A DNA stretch of 64,000 bases, taken from the NCBI GenBank assembly GCA_963714975.1, contig CAVQQD010000002.1, forward strand, positions 160,001 through 224,000, written 5' to 3'. A program made the translations under genes and the position numbers. How positions within the stretch are numbered: position 1 is the first letter of the stretch; every line of letters starts with the position of its first letter. The notes below the pieces were generated by a model. That model had not been told where the DNA came from. It ran no database searches and saw only the letters and a program-made list of their open reading frames with translations. Source of the stretch: an uncultured Gammaproteobacteria bacterium. Its GTDB lineage: Bacteria; Pseudomonadota; Gammaproteobacteria; JAURND01. Of this stretch, positions 9,983 to 21,358 are shown piece after piece.

Positions 9983-12900
9983 GTGCCAATGGCATCAAAT
10001 ACGATGACGAATTCTGCAACTCCAACTTACTCAAATACAGAAAAGAAGCGCATACGCAAAAGCTTCGGTAAGAGCCAGACTGCGATGGCTATTCCCTACA
10101 TGCTACGTTCGCAATTGGATTCTTATAAAGCATTTTTGCAAACGGGTATTCCTGTCAGTCAGCGCACTGACACTGGTTTACATGCTGCTTTCAAGTCTGT
10201 TTTTCCCATTGGCAGTTATTCTGGGAACGCCATATTAGAGTATGTGAGTTATAGTTTGGGGGAGCCAGCTTTTGATGAAAAAGAATGTAAATCCCGAGGG
10301 TTAACTTACGAAGCTCCTTTACGGGCAACACTGCGTTTGGTCATTTTCGACAAAGAAGGCGCTGGAAAAGGGCAAAGCATCAAAGATATTCGCGAGCAAG
10401 AAGTGTTTATGCATGGCTTGCCGCTCATGACTGGCACTGGCAGTTTTATTATTAATGGTACCGAGCGCGTGGTGGTCTCGCAATTGCATCGGTCCCCGGG
10501 TGTTTTCTTCGAGCATGACAAAGGCAAAACGCACTCCTCAGGTAAATTACTGTATTCAGCTCGGATTATTCCCTACCGTGGCTCGTGGTTGGATTTTGAA
10601 TTCGATCCAAAAGATTTACTCTTTGTTCGCATTGATCGTCGTCGCAAATTGCCTGTTGGTATCCTATTGCGCGCTTTGGGTTTGAATACCGAAGAGATTC
10701 TGCGTACTTTTTATGACATGAATCAATTTCATGTTAAGGATCATGAATTTGTATTAGATCTTATTCCAGCTCGCTTAAGAGGGGAAATTGCTTTTGATGA
10801 TATTACAGCCAAGGACGGAAAAGTTTTAGTTGAAAAAGATCGCCGTATTTCCTTGCGCCATATTCGTCTACTGGAAAAAGCTGGGATAAATCAATTAAAA
10901 GTGCCGACTGAATATCTTCATGGTAAAGTCATTGGTGAGTCAATAATTGATCCTAATACAGGTGAAATACTCATCGAGTCCAATACGGAAATAACTCATG
11001 AGGTACTGAATAAATTAAGAAAAGCCGACATTAATTCATTTAAAGTTTTGTATACCAACGACTTAGATCGTGGTGCTTATATTTCTGACACACTCCGTAC
11101 CGATACGACCAATAGTCAGTTAGAAGCGTTAGTAGAAATTTATCGCATGATGCGACCAGGAGAGCCTCCTACCAAAGAAGCCGCAGAAAATCTTTTCCAA
11201 AGCTTATTTTTTGTGCCAGAACGATACGACCTTTCTGCTGTAGGTCGGATGAAATTTAATCGTCGGGTAGGGCGTGAGACTTTAACCGGCTCTGGAACCC
11301 TGTCTAAAGAAGATATTGTCGATGTAATTAAGGTGATGATCGATATTCGTGATGGACGAGGAGAAGTGGATGATATCGACCACTTGGGAAATCGTCGGGT
11401 GCGTAGTGTGGGTGAAATGACTGAGAATCAATTTCGGGTCGGTTTAGTCCGAGTCGAGCGCGCGGTTAAAGATCGTTTAAGCTTGACTGATATTGAAAGT
11501 TTAATGCCCCAAGATTTAATTAACGCGAAACCCATTTCAGCTACCATCAAAGAATTTTTTGGATCTAGCCAATTATCACAGTTTATGGATCAAGATAATC
11601 CTCTATCCGAGGTGACTCATAAGCGTCGTGTTTCTGCTTTAGGCCCAGGGGGCCTTACGCGAGAACGAGCCAGTTTTGAGGTGCGTGACGTGCATCCGAC
11701 CCACTATGGTCGCGTTTGCCCGATTGAAACTCCTGAAGGTCCAAACATTGGTTTGATTAATTCCTTAGCGGTGTTTGCTAGAACTAATCAGTATGGATTT
11801 CTAGAAACCCCTTACCGAAAAGTCGTGGACGGTCGGGTCACCGGGGAGATCGATTATCTGTCGGCCATTGATGAAGGACAATATTATATTGCCCAAGCCA
11901 ATACTCGACTCGACAAGCAAGGTCATTTATTAGGCGAGCTAATTTCCTGTCGTTGCAAGGGAGAGACTTCGTTTTCAACCCCTGATAAAGTCAATTATAT
12001 GGATGTTTCTCCAACGCAAATGGTTTCGGTAGCAGCCGCGCTCATTCCTTTTTTAGAACATGACGATGCGAACCGTGCTTTGATGGGATCCAATATGCAG
12101 CGCCAAGCGGTGCCGAATTTGCGCACTGAAAAACCCCTAATTGGCACAGGCATAGAACGGGTGGTCGCCATTGATTCAGGGGTCGCTATTGTTGCCAAAC
12201 GCAAAGGTGTGGTTGATTTTGTGGATGCTTCGCGAATTGTGGTTCGAGCGAATGAGGAAGAAGTGGGCGCTGATGAATCCAGCGTGGACATCTATTCGCT
12301 AACCAAATTTACCCGCTCTAACAAAAATACCTGCATCAATCAACGTCCCTTAGTGGAAGTGGGAGGCGAAGTTGAACCAGGAGATGTCTTGGCGGATGGT
12401 CCTTCCACCGATTTGGGAGAGTTAGCTTTAGGCCAAAATTTATTAGTGGCCTTTATGCCCTGGAATGGTTACAACTTTGAAGATTCCATCATCATCTCGG
12501 AACGTTTAGTGGAAGAAGATCGTTTTACCACCATTCACATTCAAGAGCTGACTTGTGTGGCTCGGGACACGAAATTAGGCCCCGAGGAAATCACTGCCGA
12601 TATTCCCAATGTGGGTGAAGGGGCTTTAGCTAAGTTAGATAAATCCGGTATTGTTTATATTGGTGCGGAAGTGGAGATGGGCGATATTCTAGTAGGTAAA
12701 GTCACTCCCAAAGGTGAAACCCAGCTCACACCAGAAGAGAAATTGCTTAGGGCTATTTTTGGTGAAAAAGCTTCCGATGTGAAGGATTCTTCATTACGCG
12801 TTCCTCCGGGCTCAAATGGTACTGTCATTGGTGTACAAATTTTTACTCGTGATGGCGCCAAAAAAGACGAGCGTGCTTTAGCAATTGAAAAAGCAGATAT

Positions 12901-14104
12901 TGATGCCATCAAAAAAGATCTCGATGATGAGTTACGAATTAAAGAAGATGCTTTGTATCGACGCGTCGAGAATTTATTGGTGGGTAAAGTCGTGCAACGG
13001 GGGCCAGGTGGTTTGAAATCAGGTCAAAAGGTCACTCAGACTTATTTACAAGACCTGTTACGGGAGAAATGGTTTGACGTCCATTTAAAAGAAGAAACCA
13101 GTGCTGAAAGGCTAGAATCCTACGCTAACCAATTAAAAGAATTACGTAAAGATCACGACATTAAACTTGACCAAAAACGCCGAAAATTAGTGGAGGGAGA
13201 CGACTTAGCTCCTGGCGTTATTAAGATTGTGAAGGTTTATCTGGCCGTGAAAAGAAAGATTCAGCCAGGGGATAAGATGGCAGGACGACACGGCAATAAA
13301 GGGGTTATTTCCACTATTGTTCCGGTGGAAGATATGCCTTATTTGGCTGATGGCACCCCGGTGGATATTGTCTTAAATCCGCTCGGCGTACCTTCGCGTA
13401 TGAACGTGGGTCAAGTACTTGAATGCCATTTAGGTTGGGCAGCGAAAGGCCTAGGCCGAAAAATTAATCAAATGCTTGAGGAGCAACGAAAAGCCACGGA
13501 ATTACGTCAATTTTTAGATAAAATTTATAACTTAGGAACGGAAATTAAAACCGATTTCAGTAAATTTAGTGAAGAAGAAATACAAACCTTAGCGCATAAT
13601 CTGACCGATGGGGTTCCGATTGCCACCCCAGTATTCGATGGGGCAAACGAAACTGAAATTAAAGAAATGCTGAAATTAGCCGGTCTTCCTGAGTCAGGCC
13701 AGGTCACCTTATATGATGGACGTACTGGTGAGAGCTTTGCCCGCGACATTACCATTGGGTATATGTATATGCTCAAGCTCAACCACTTAGTAGATGACAA
13801 AATGCACGCGCGTTCCACCGGCTCTTATAGTTTGGTCACTCAGCAACCTCTGGGTGGTAAGGCGCAATTTGGTGGTCAGCGTTTTGGTGAAATGGAAGTA
13901 TGGGCGCTGGAAGCTTATGGTGCTTCTTATACCTTACAGGAAATGTTGACAGTGAAGTCAGACGATGTCAGTGGTCGTACCAAAATGTATAAAAACGTGG
14001 TTGATGGTGACCATCGCATGGAACCAGGTATGCCGGAATCCTTTAATGTGTTGGTGAAAGAAATTCGCTCATTAGCTATTAATATGGAGCTTGAGCACGA
14101 GTAA
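9983..14104 (+). CDS. rpoB: RNA polymerase beta subunit (exact start uncertain)
   Basis: [21 protein letters not shown], rifampicin-binding region. Confidence 0.99.
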   Translation: MPMASNTMTNSATPTYSNTEKKRIRKSFGKSQTAMAIPYMLRSQLDSYKAFLQTGIPVSQRTDTGLHAAFKSVFPIGSYSGNAILEYVSYSLGEPAFDEKECKSRGLTYEAPLRATLRLVIFDKEGAGKGQSIKDIREQEVFMHGLPLMTGTGSFIINGTERVVVSQLHRSPGVFFEHDKGKTHSSGKLLYSARIIPYRGSWLDFEFDPKDLLFVRIDRRRKLPVGILLRALGLNTEEILRTFYDMNQFHVKDHEFVLDLIPARLRGEIAFDDITAKDGKVLVEKDRRISLRHIRLLEKAGINQLKVPTEYLHGKVIGESIIDPNTGEILIESNTEITHEVLNKLRKADINSFKVLYTNDLDRGAYISDTLRTDTTNSQLEALVEIYRMMRPGEPPTKEAAENLFQSLFFVPERYDLSAVGRMKFNRRVGRETLTGSGTLSKEDIVDVIKVMIDIRDGRGEVDDIDHLGNRRVRSVGEMTENQFRVGLVRVERAVKDRLSLTDIESLMPQDLINAKPISATIKEFFGSSQLSQFMDQDNPLSEVTHKRRVSALGPGGLTRERASFEVRDVHPTHYGRVCPIETPEGPNIGLINSLAVFARTNQYGFLETPYRKVVDGRVTGEIDYLSAIDEGQYYIAQANTRLDKQGHLLGELISCRCKGETSFSTPDKVNYMDVSPTQMVSVAAALIPFLEHDDANRALMGSNMQRQAVPNLRTEKPLIGTGIERVVAIDSGVAIVAKRKGVVDFVDASRIVVRANEEEVGADESSVDIYSLTKFTRSNKNTCINQRPLVEVGGEVEPGDVLADGPSTDLGELALGQNLLVAFMPWNGYNFEDSIIISERLVEEDRFTTIHIQELTCVARDTKLGPEEITADIPNVGEGALAKLDKSGIVYIGAEVEMGDILVGKVTPKGETQLTPEEKLLRAIFGEKASDVKDSSLRVPPGSNGTVIGVQIFTRDGAKKDERALAIEKADIDAIKKDLDDELRIKEDALYRRVENLLVGKVVQRGPGGLKSGQKVTQTYLQDLLREKWFDVHLKEETSAERLESYANQLKELRKDHDIKLDQKRRKLVEGDDLAPGVIKIVKVYLAVKRKIQPGDKMAGRHGNKGVISTIVPVEDMPYLADGTPVDIVLNPLGVPSRMNVGQVLECHLGWAAKGLGRKINQMLEEQRKATELRQFLDKIYNLGTEIKTDFSKFSEEEIQTLAHNLTDGVPIATPVFDGANETEIKEMLKLAGLPESGQVTLYDGRTGESFARDITIGYMYMLKLNHLVDDKMHARSTGSYSLVTQQPLGGKAQFGGQRFGEMEVWALEAYGASYTLQEMLTVKSDDVSGRTKMYKNVVDGDHRMEPGMPESFNVLVKEIRSLAINMELEHE

Positions 14105-14141
14105 TTATAATTCCTCTATTTTGAATCACAGGAGAATAGCT

Positions 14142-17100
14142 TTGGCTGCTTTGCAAGATTTAGTTGGTTTTATCCGAAAAGAACGTACTGAAGAGTTTGA
14201 TGCTATCCGTATTAGCTTGGCTTCTCCAGATATGATCCGCTCTTGGTCGTATGGTGAAGTTAAAAAACCAGAGACCATCAATTATCGTACGTTTAAACCT
14301 GAGCGTGATGGTTTGTTTTGTGCCAAAATTTTTGGCCCGGTTAAAGACTATGAGTGCTTGTGCGGCAAGTACAAACGTCTCAAACATCGAGGAGTTATTT
14401 GCGAAAAATGTGGCGTTGAAGTCACTTTGGCGAAAGTCCGGCGTGATCGGATGGGACATGTTGAGTTGGCAAGCCCAGTTGCGCACATTTGGTATTTAAA
14501 ATCTTTGCCTTCTCGCATTGGGTTATTGCTGGATATGACACTGCGAGATATTGAACGAATTCTGTATTTTGAAGCTTTTGTGGTAGTTGAGCCTGGCATG
14601 ACTCCGCTCAAGCTGGGTCAACTGCTTTCTGAAGAAGCTTATCTAGATGCCGTTGAAGAGTATGGCGATGAGTTTGAAGCCTACATGGGTGCGGAGGCCA
14701 TCCAGCGTCTATTAAAAGGCATCGATTTAGAAACAGAAATTGCTAACTTGCGTGAGGAAATTCCAAATACCAGTTCTGAAACACGCCTCAAGAAACTGAC
14801 GAAACGCCTTAAAGTGATGGAAGCCTTTTTAGCTTCGGGTAATCGACCAGAATGGATGGTTCTCAATGTACTTCCAGTATTACCACCGGACATTCGTCCT
14901 TTAGTTCCTTTGGATGGTGGACGTTTTGCTACCTCGGATCTCAATGACCTCTATCGTCGAGTAATCAATCGCAATAATCGTCTCAAGCGCTTACTGGATT
15001 TAAATGCTCCTGACATCATTGTGCGTAATGAAAAGCGGATGTTGCAGGAAGCAGTGGATGCATTATTAGACAATGGCCGACGTGGTCGAGCGATTACGGG
15101 CGCAAATCGCCGTCCACTGAAATCCTTAGCTGACATGATAAAGGGTAAGCAAGGTCGTTTCCGCCAAAACCTATTAGGTAAACGCGTAGATTATTCGGGT
15201 CGCTCAGTGATTGTAGTAGGCCCCACCTTACGTTTGCATCAATGCGGCTTGCCCAAGAAAATGGCTCTGGAATTATTTAAGCCTTATATTTTTGGTAAAT
15301 TGCAGCGCCGTGGCTTAGCCAGCACGATTAAAGCAGCCAAAAAAATGGTCGACCACGAAGCGCCTGAGGTTTGGGATATCTTAGAAGAGGTGATTCGCGA
15401 ACATCCGGTATTGCTAAACCGTGCTCCTACCTTGCACCGTTTAGGTATTCAAGCATTTGAACCCGTGTTGATTGAGGGCAAGGCGATCCAATTACATCCC
15501 TTGGTCTGTACTGCTTACAATGCGGACTTTGACGGTGACCAAATGGCGGTGCATGTGCCATTAACTCTCGAGGCGCAACTAGAAGCCCGCTCCTTGATGA
15601 TGTCGACCAATAATATTTTGTCCCCTGCTAACGGTGAACCGATTATTGTGCCGACTCAAGATGTGGTATTGGGCTTATACTTTGCGACGCGTGATCGCAT
15701 CAATGCCAAAGGGGAAGGCATGGTGTTTGCTGACTCTGCCGAAGTGCACCGTGCTTATGGGAATAATGCGGTGGAACTGCAGGCAAAGATTAAGGTCCGT
15801 CTCCAGGAAGTGAATTTTGATGCGCAAGGGGAGCGCCAAGAAGTCACTAAATTATTTGATACGACGGTAGGTCGTGCCCTGTTCTGGGATGTGGTGCCCG
15901 AAGGTTTGCCTTTTGAGTTAGTCAATCAACCGATGACCAAAAAAGCGGTTTCTCGTTTACTAAACACCTGTTACCGCGAATTAGGTTTGAAAGCTTCGGT
16001 GATTTTTGCCGATCATCTGATGTATGCTGGCTTTCGTTATGCCACGCTCTCCGGGGTGTCGATTGGGATAGAAGACTTGGTAATTCCCGACACTAAATAC
16101 GACATTATTAGAAAGGCAGAGGAAGAAGTCCGTGAAATTGAGGCACAGTTTGCCTCAGGTTTAGTAACTCAGGGTGAGCGTAAAAATAAAGTGGTGGATA
16201 TTTGGTCCCATACCAATGACCAAGTGGCTAAGGCGATGATGGAAAAAATATCTACAGAAATGGTTGTGGATGCTAAAAATGAAGCGGTACGTCAGCCTTC
16301 CTTTAATTCCATCTTTATGATGGCCGATTCGGGCGCTAGAGGATCAGCAGCCCAAATCCGGCAGTTAGCAGGTATGCGTGGTTTGATGGCAAAACCCGAT
16401 GGAACGATTATGGAAACCCCGATTACCGCCAACTTCCGCGAAGGTTTGAGTGTATTACAGTATTTTATTTCAACCCATGGCGCCCGCAAAGGTTTGGCAG
16501 ACACCGCACTTAAAACGGCTAATTCAGGATACTTAACCCGTCGTTTAGTCGATGTTGCCCAAGATATGGTGGTCAGTGAACACGATTGCGGTACTGAAGA
16601 TGGTGTTATGATTGCCGCTCATATTGAAGGTGGCGATGTCGTTGAGCCCTTACGCGACCGTGTATTAGGACGCGTCTTGGCTGAAGAAGTCTATAATCCT
16701 GAAACTAATGACATTGTCATAGCGCAGAATACCTTGTTAGATGAGCGTTTAGTGGCCACTTTGGATGAATGCAATGTGGATCGGGTGAAAGTGCGTTCGG
16801 CTATTACTTGCCAATCCCAGTTTGGTATTTGCGCGATGTGTTATGGACGTGATTTAGCGCGTGGGCATTTAGTCAACATTGGCGAGGCGGTTGGGGTGAT
16901 TGCAGCACAGTCGATTGGTGAACCAGGTACTCAGTTAACTATGCGTACCTTCCACATCGGTGGTGCGGCTTCACGAACTACTGCGGTGAGCAGCATCCAA
17001 GTAAAATCGAAGGGTATTATTAAGTTACATAATATGAAGACTGTGCATCATAGCAGTGGACATTTGATTGCTGTGTCGCGTTCTGGGGAGCTTTCTGTCA

Positions 17101-18368
17101 TTGATACCAGAGGACGAGAGCGCGAACGTTATAAAGTTCCTTATGGAGCTAATTTAAGCGTAGATGAAGGCTCTGAAATAGAGGCTGGACAAGTCGTCGC
17201 GCAATGGGATCCCCATACCCATCCCATTATTACTGAAGTCGCTGGCTATGTTCAATTCAGCGACTTGATTGATGGGGTCAGTATGAATCGTCAGACCGAT
17301 GAAATTACCGGTTTGAGCAGTTTTGTGGTTACCGGCGTTAAACAGCGGTTGATGGGTGGCAAAGAATTAAGACCCATGGTCAAACTGGTCGATAAGTCCG
17401 GGAAAGATTTGTGTTTACATGGTACGAACTTACCGGCGCATTATTTCTTACCGCATGGCTCGATTGTGACCTTGGAAGATGGAGCCGAAGTCGGTATTGG
17501 TGATGTAATTGCGCGTATCCCACAAGAAACTTCGAAAACCCGTGATATTACCGGAGGTTTACCTAGGGTTGCTGATTTGTTTGAAGCGCGCCGGCCAAAA
17601 GATGCTGCTGTATTAGCCGAAGTTTCAGGCATTGTTGCTTTTGGCAAAGAAACCAAGGACAAACGCCGTCTCATCATTACCAACCCTGAAGCCGAATCCG
17701 ATGTTTATGAAGTGTTAATTCCCAAGTGGCGTCATGTCGCTGTGTTTGAGGGAGAAAGTGTGCAAAAAGGTGAAGTCATTGCCGATGGTCCACGTGATCC
17801 CCATGACATTCTGCGCCTATTAGGGTCTCATACTTTAGCGGATTATATTGTGGGTGAAGTACAGGAAGTGTACCGCTTACAGGGCGTGAAAATTAATGAC
17901 AAGCATATTGAAGTGATTGTGCGGCAGATGTTGAGAAAAGTATTAATCCTCCACCCAGGCGATACTAATTTGCTCAAGGGCGAGCAAGTGGAAAAGAATC
18001 AGCTGATTGAGGAAAATCGAGAAGCGCTAAAAGAGAATAAAAATCCAGCTTTGTATGAGCCTGTGCTGTTAGGTATCACCAAAGCTTCATTGGCCACCGA
18101 ATCGTTCTTTTCAGCAGCGTCTTTCCAAGACACCACTCGAGTGCTGACGGAAGCCTCTGTCAGTGGCAAGCGTGATGTGCTACGTGGCTTAAAAGAAAAT
18201 GTGATTGTGGGTCGATTAATTCCCGCCGGAACTGGATTTGTCTATCATGCCCGGCGCCGTAGTAAGCGTCTAGCTGTCACGGAAGAAGTAGTGGAAGATT
18301 CAGCCACGCAAGCAAGCAAAGCCGAACAAGCATTAAGTGCTGCCTTAAAGTTGGAGAAAGAGGAATGA
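14142..18368 (+). CDS. rpoC: RNA polymerase beta' subunit (TTG start after AGGAG inferred)
   Basis: NADFDGD motif and Zn-finger cysteines. Confidence 0.99.
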   Translation: MAALQDLVGFIRKERTEEFDAIRISLASPDMIRSWSYGEVKKPETINYRTFKPERDGLFCAKIFGPVKDYECLCGKYKRLKHRGVICEKCGVEVTLAKVRRDRMGHVELASPVAHIWYLKSLPSRIGLLLDMTLRDIERILYFEAFVVVEPGMTPLKLGQLLSEEAYLDAVEEYGDEFEAYMGAEAIQRLLKGIDLETEIANLREEIPNTSSETRLKKLTKRLKVMEAFLASGNRPEWMVLNVLPVLPPDIRPLVPLDGGRFATSDLNDLYRRVINRNNRLKRLLDLNAPDIIVRNEKRMLQEAVDALLDNGRRGRAITGANRRPLKSLADMIKGKQGRFRQNLLGKRVDYSGRSVIVVGPTLRLHQCGLPKKMALELFKPYIFGKLQRRGLASTIKAAKKMVDHEAPEVWDILEEVIREHPVLLNRAPTLHRLGIQAFEPVLIEGKAIQLHPLVCTAYNADFDGDQMAVHVPLTLEAQLEARSLMMSTNNILSPANGEPIIVPTQDVVLGLYFATRDRINAKGEGMVFADSAEVHRAYGNNAVELQAKIKVRLQEVNFDAQGERQEVTKLFDTTVGRALFWDVVPEGLPFELVNQPMTKKAVSRLLNTCYRELGLKASVIFADHLMYAGFRYATLSGVSIGIEDLVIPDTKYDIIRKAEEEVREIEAQFASGLVTQGERKNKVVDIWSHTNDQVAKAMMEKISTEMVVDAKNEAVRQPSFNSIFMMADSGARGSAAQIRQLAGMRGLMAKPDGTIMETPITANFREGLSVLQYFISTHGARKGLADTALKTANSGYLTRRLVDVAQDMVVSEHDCGTEDGVMIAAHIEGGDVVEPLRDRVLGRVLAEEVYNPETNDIVIAQNTLLDERLVATLDECNVDRVKVRSAITCQSQFGICAMCYGRDLARGHLVNIGEAVGVIAAQSIGEPGTQLTMRTFHIGGAASRTTAVSSIQVKSKGIIKLHNMKTVHHSSGHLIAVSRSGELSVIDTRGRERERYKVPYGANLSVDEGSEIEAGQVVAQWDPHTHPIITEVAGYVQFSDLIDGVSMNRQTDEITGLSSFVVTGVKQRLMGGKELRPMVKLVDKSGKDLCLHGTNLPAHYFLPHGSIVTLEDGAEVGIGDVIARIPQETSKTRDITGGLPRVADLFEARRPKDAAVLAEVSGIVAFGKETKDKRRLIITNPEAESDVYEVLIPKWRHVAVFEGESVQKGEVIADGPRDPHDILRLLGSHTLADYIVGEVQEVYRLQGVKINDKHIEVIVRQMLRKVLILHPGDTNLLKGEQVEKNQLIEENREALKENKNPALYEPVLLGITKASLATESFFSAASFQDTTRVLTEASVSGKRDVLRGLKENVIVGRLIPAGTGFVYHARRRSKRLAVTEEVVEDSATQASKAEQALSAALKLEKEE

Positions 18369-18392
18369 AAGGCAGATAAATAATGCACCATA

Positions 18393-18456
18393 AATCCCCC
18401 CTTTGAAAAAGGGGGATAGCGGGGATTTTGGGAAAAAATGGCCGAAGGCCGGATTA
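18393..18456. repeat. ATCCCCCCTTTGAAAAAGGGGGAT hairpin plus partial family A; possible terminator after rpoC
   Basis: Related hairpin at 32371-32397. Confidence 0.6.
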
Positions 18457-18695
18457 TATTTTTTTTCCACAGGATCTAACATCTCTGCGCGTTTTTCAGA
18501 AATTAACTTATACCGTGCTGCCCATTTTTCGCGAAAACTTTTCAGCCCTGCTGATAAAGTTTGAATCTCGAGAGCCATAGGAACATTTCCTTGGCTAGTA
18601 GCCATCCCAATTGAACCATCCAGCAATTGACAAATTGTTGTAAATGGGAATGTTTGTTTAAGTCTGACTCCTTTGAAACCCAATCGCATTTTATT

Positions 18696-19329
18696 GGCTG
18701 AGTTGCGTGGTGCTTTGGTTTAATTCTTTTGATCATATAAATGCTTTAGAAATATTAATGGCAGAACCTACAGCGATGAAAGCAGATGCAGCTTTAGCCG
18801 AATTAACAGAATTAACTGGAAGTGAAGCCATGGGACGTGTGCAAGGATTTGCTCGTTCGGAGGTGCTAGGTCTTAATAGTTGGCAGATCAGAACCTTAGC
18901 TGAGCTTAAGGACTTGGGATTAAATGCGGATGATCTGCGTAAGCAACCTTTATTTGACGATCTTAATTACCAAGATGCGGCCAGATATTTAATGCGGCTA
19001 AAACAACCTCCTTTGGATGCTAAAGCTGCTATGGATGAATTGCATGGGCTGAGCGCCGAGCTTTAGTGCCCAGCGTTCAGAGTCTGTCTAGTGATCGGCT
19101 ATGGAAATTTCGTGAGCTGCTCAAACTGAACTGAAGTCCCGTAGGCGGGCGACGGGACTTCAGTTCAGTTTGAGCTCACGATTTTTCTAGTTTGCCAGGC
19201 ATTGACCAGGAAGAAATTTCGCCAGAGAGAACTGAAAATTATGTAAACGATTTCTTCAATATCATTGATAGAGCATGTGGTGATGGCGATGATGCACAGC
19301 GCGAAATTTCACCTAAAATGCCTCATTAA
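18696..19329 (+). pseudogene. Fragmented helical-repeat hypothetical protein (main ORF 18707-19066)
   Basis: Internal repeat (MKADAALAELTEL / LDAKAAMDELHGL); coding-like pieces in other frames on both sides. Confidence 0.4.
19111..19180. repeat. Long inverted repeat with a 24 bp perfect stem
   Basis: GCTCAAACTGAACTGAAGTCCCGT / ACGGGACTTCAGTTCAGTTTGAGC. Confidence 0.9.
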
Positions 19330-20962
19330 TAATAGATTGTGCTTCTTCTAAGATACATTGTAGATGATTTTTTCCTTTAAAACTTTCTGCATAAATTTTA
19401 TAAATATCTTCGGTTCCTGATGGGCGTACCGCAAACCAACCATTTTCAGCAATTACTTTTAACCCATCAATGGGCGCATTATTTCCTGGGGCACGAGTAA
19501 GCATAGACTGAATAGGTTCACCGGCTAGTTTTGTAGAGTGTATTTGCTCTGGCGAAATTTTTTTTAATAATTCTTTTTGTGCGGTGGTTGCTGGGGCATC
19601 AATGCGAGCATAATTAGATTTACCCAATTCTTCTTCAAGTATGCTGTAGATCTCGCCTGGATCATGTTTTACCCGCGCAGTCATTTCGGCCGCCAATAAA
19701 CCAGCGATAATGCCATCCTTGTCGGTAGTCCAGACCTTACCGTTTTGTCGCTGGAAAGAAGCACCACCACTTTCTTCACCACCAAAACCTAGGGAGCCAT
19801 TTAGTAGTCCATCGACGAACCATTTGAAACCAACTGGCACTTCATAGAGTTTGCAATCCAGTTTAGCATTAATCCGATCAATGATTTGGCTGCTGACCAA
19901 TGTTTTGCCAACGGCAGTTAATTTAGACCAACTAGGACGATGCTGAAAGAGGTAGAAAATGGCAGTGGCTAGATAATGATTAGGAGGTAACAAACCGGCA
20001 CTGCGGGTGATAATCCCATGTCGATCGTGATCGGCATCACAAGCAAAAGCGACGTCAAAGCGATCTTTCAGACTAATAAGGCTTTGCATGGCATAGGGTG
20101 AGGAAGGATCCGTGCGAATCTGACCATCCCAATCCACAGTCATGAAGCGAAAAGTGGGATCGATCATGTCATTTACTATCGTCAGATCTAGTTGGTAGCG
20201 TTCGGCAATAGCTGGCCAATAGTGCACGCCAGCACCACCCAGAGGATCAACACCCATGTGAATATGGGCGTCACGAATTATTTTCATATCAATAACTTGA
20301 TCAAGATCATTAACATAATTGTTTAGATAATCATGTGTATGCGTTGTAGTGGCACGAAGTGCTTGTGTTAAGGGAATTCTTTTTGTGCTGTTTAATTGGT
20401 TGCTTAGAAGTTCATTTGCTTTAGTTTCAATCCAATTAGTAATAGCTTGATCGGCTGGCCCACCGGTGGGTGGATTGTATTTAAAACCACCAGCCTGAGG
20501 TGGATTATGCGAAGGAGTGATTACAATCCCGTCGGCCAACCCGGTAGTACGATCACGATTATACGTCAGTATAGCGTGAGAAATTGCTGGGGTAGGAGTG
20601 TATTCATCTCGTGTGGAGGTCATCACTTCTACGCTGTTGGCTGCTAATACCTCAAGTGCGCTGGCAAAAGCAGGTGCTGAAAGCGCATGGGTATCGAAGC
20701 CGATGAATAAGGGGCCGTTGATGTTATGTTGTGCACGATATAAGCAAATAGCTTGAGTGATAGCTAGAATATGCCATTCATTGAAACTATTTGTAAGGGA
20801 GGAACCTCGATGCCCGGAAGTGCCAAATGAGACCCGTTGTGCAGGTAGGCTGGGATCAGGTACTTCCGTATAGTAAGCAGTGAGGAGTTTTGGCACATTG
20901 ACCAATAGCGAAGCTGGGGCGGGCTTGCCAGCAAGGGGACTAATATGCTCCGGGTTGTACAT
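19313..20962 (-). CDS. pgm: Phosphoglucomutase (alpha-D-glucose phosphate-specific)
   Basis: FGTSGHRG, TPSHNPP, DADHDRH, GEES and RPSGTE motifs. Confidence 0.97.
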   Translation of the reverse strand: MYNPEHISPLAGKPAPASLLVNVPKLLTAYYTEVPDPSLPAQRVSFGTSGHRGSSLTNSFNEWHILAITQAICLYRAQHNINGPLFIGFDTHALSAPAFASALEVLAANSVEVMTSTRDEYTPTPAISHAILTYNRDRTTGLADGIVITPSHNPPQAGGFKYNPPTGGPADQAITNWIETKANELLSNQLNSTKRIPLTQALRATTTHTHDYLNNYVNDLDQVIDMKIIRDAHIHMGVDPLGGAGVHYWPAIAERYQLDLTIVNDMIDPTFRFMTVDWDGQIRTDPSSPYAMQSLISLKDRFDVAFACDADHDRHGIITRSAGLLPPNHYLATAIFYLFQHRPSWSKLTAVGKTLVSSQIIDRINAKLDCKLYEVPVGFKWFVDGLLNGSLGFGGEESGGASFQRQNGKVWTTDKDGIIAGLLAAEMTARVKHDPGEIYSILEEELGKSNYARIDAPATTAQKELLKKISPEQIHSTKLAGEPIQSMLTRAPGNNAPIDGLKVIAENGWFAVRPSGTEDIYKIYAESFKGKNHLQCILEEAQSIINEAF

Positions 20963-21077
20963 GTTGTAATTCCTTTTACCCCATGGGCCCAAGTCCATAG
21001 AGAATATGGTTTTAAATATTTTTTATCCTATATTGTATTATAGAAGGTAAAACGTAGAATTAGGTCTGTCATCAAGG

Positions 21078-21135
21078 CTCGTCGTCCCGGCATGGATGCC
21101 GGGACGACGTAGGGGGTAACCACCGGGACGACGTA
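21078..21135. repeat. Family B short palindrome plus half copy
   Basis: CGTCGTCCCGGCATGGATGCCGGGACGACG. Confidence 0.85.
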
Positions 21136-21189
21136 CTCATTCCGAATTCAATGCGATTGCCATGCCTGGAGACCGGATACTCTATCTAT

Positions 21190-21255
21190 AATTTATCCAT
21201 CGTGCCGTAAGACCCCGCCATGAATGACGGGGTCTTACGGCACGATGGATAAATT
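21190..21255. repeat. Near-perfect palindrome with 32 bp arms
   Basis: AATTTATCCATCGTGCCGTAAGACCCCGCCAT vs ATGACGGGGTCTTACGGCACGATGGATAAATT, one mismatch. Confidence 0.92.
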
Positions 21256-21340
21256 GGGCCTATGAAGTTTGAGTGGGTAACATCCCTTCTCTCACAGGTT
21301 TTGCTATGGGAGAAGGTGGCCGTCAGGCCGGATGAGGGTG
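21256..21340. repeat. Solo MITE left end plus family A palindrome (long-loop subtype)
   Basis: GGGCCTATGAAGTTTGAGTGGGTAA, then CCCTTCTCTCACAG..GGGAGAAGG. Confidence 0.75.
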
Positions 21341-21358
21341 CATTTAGGGTTCAGTTTG

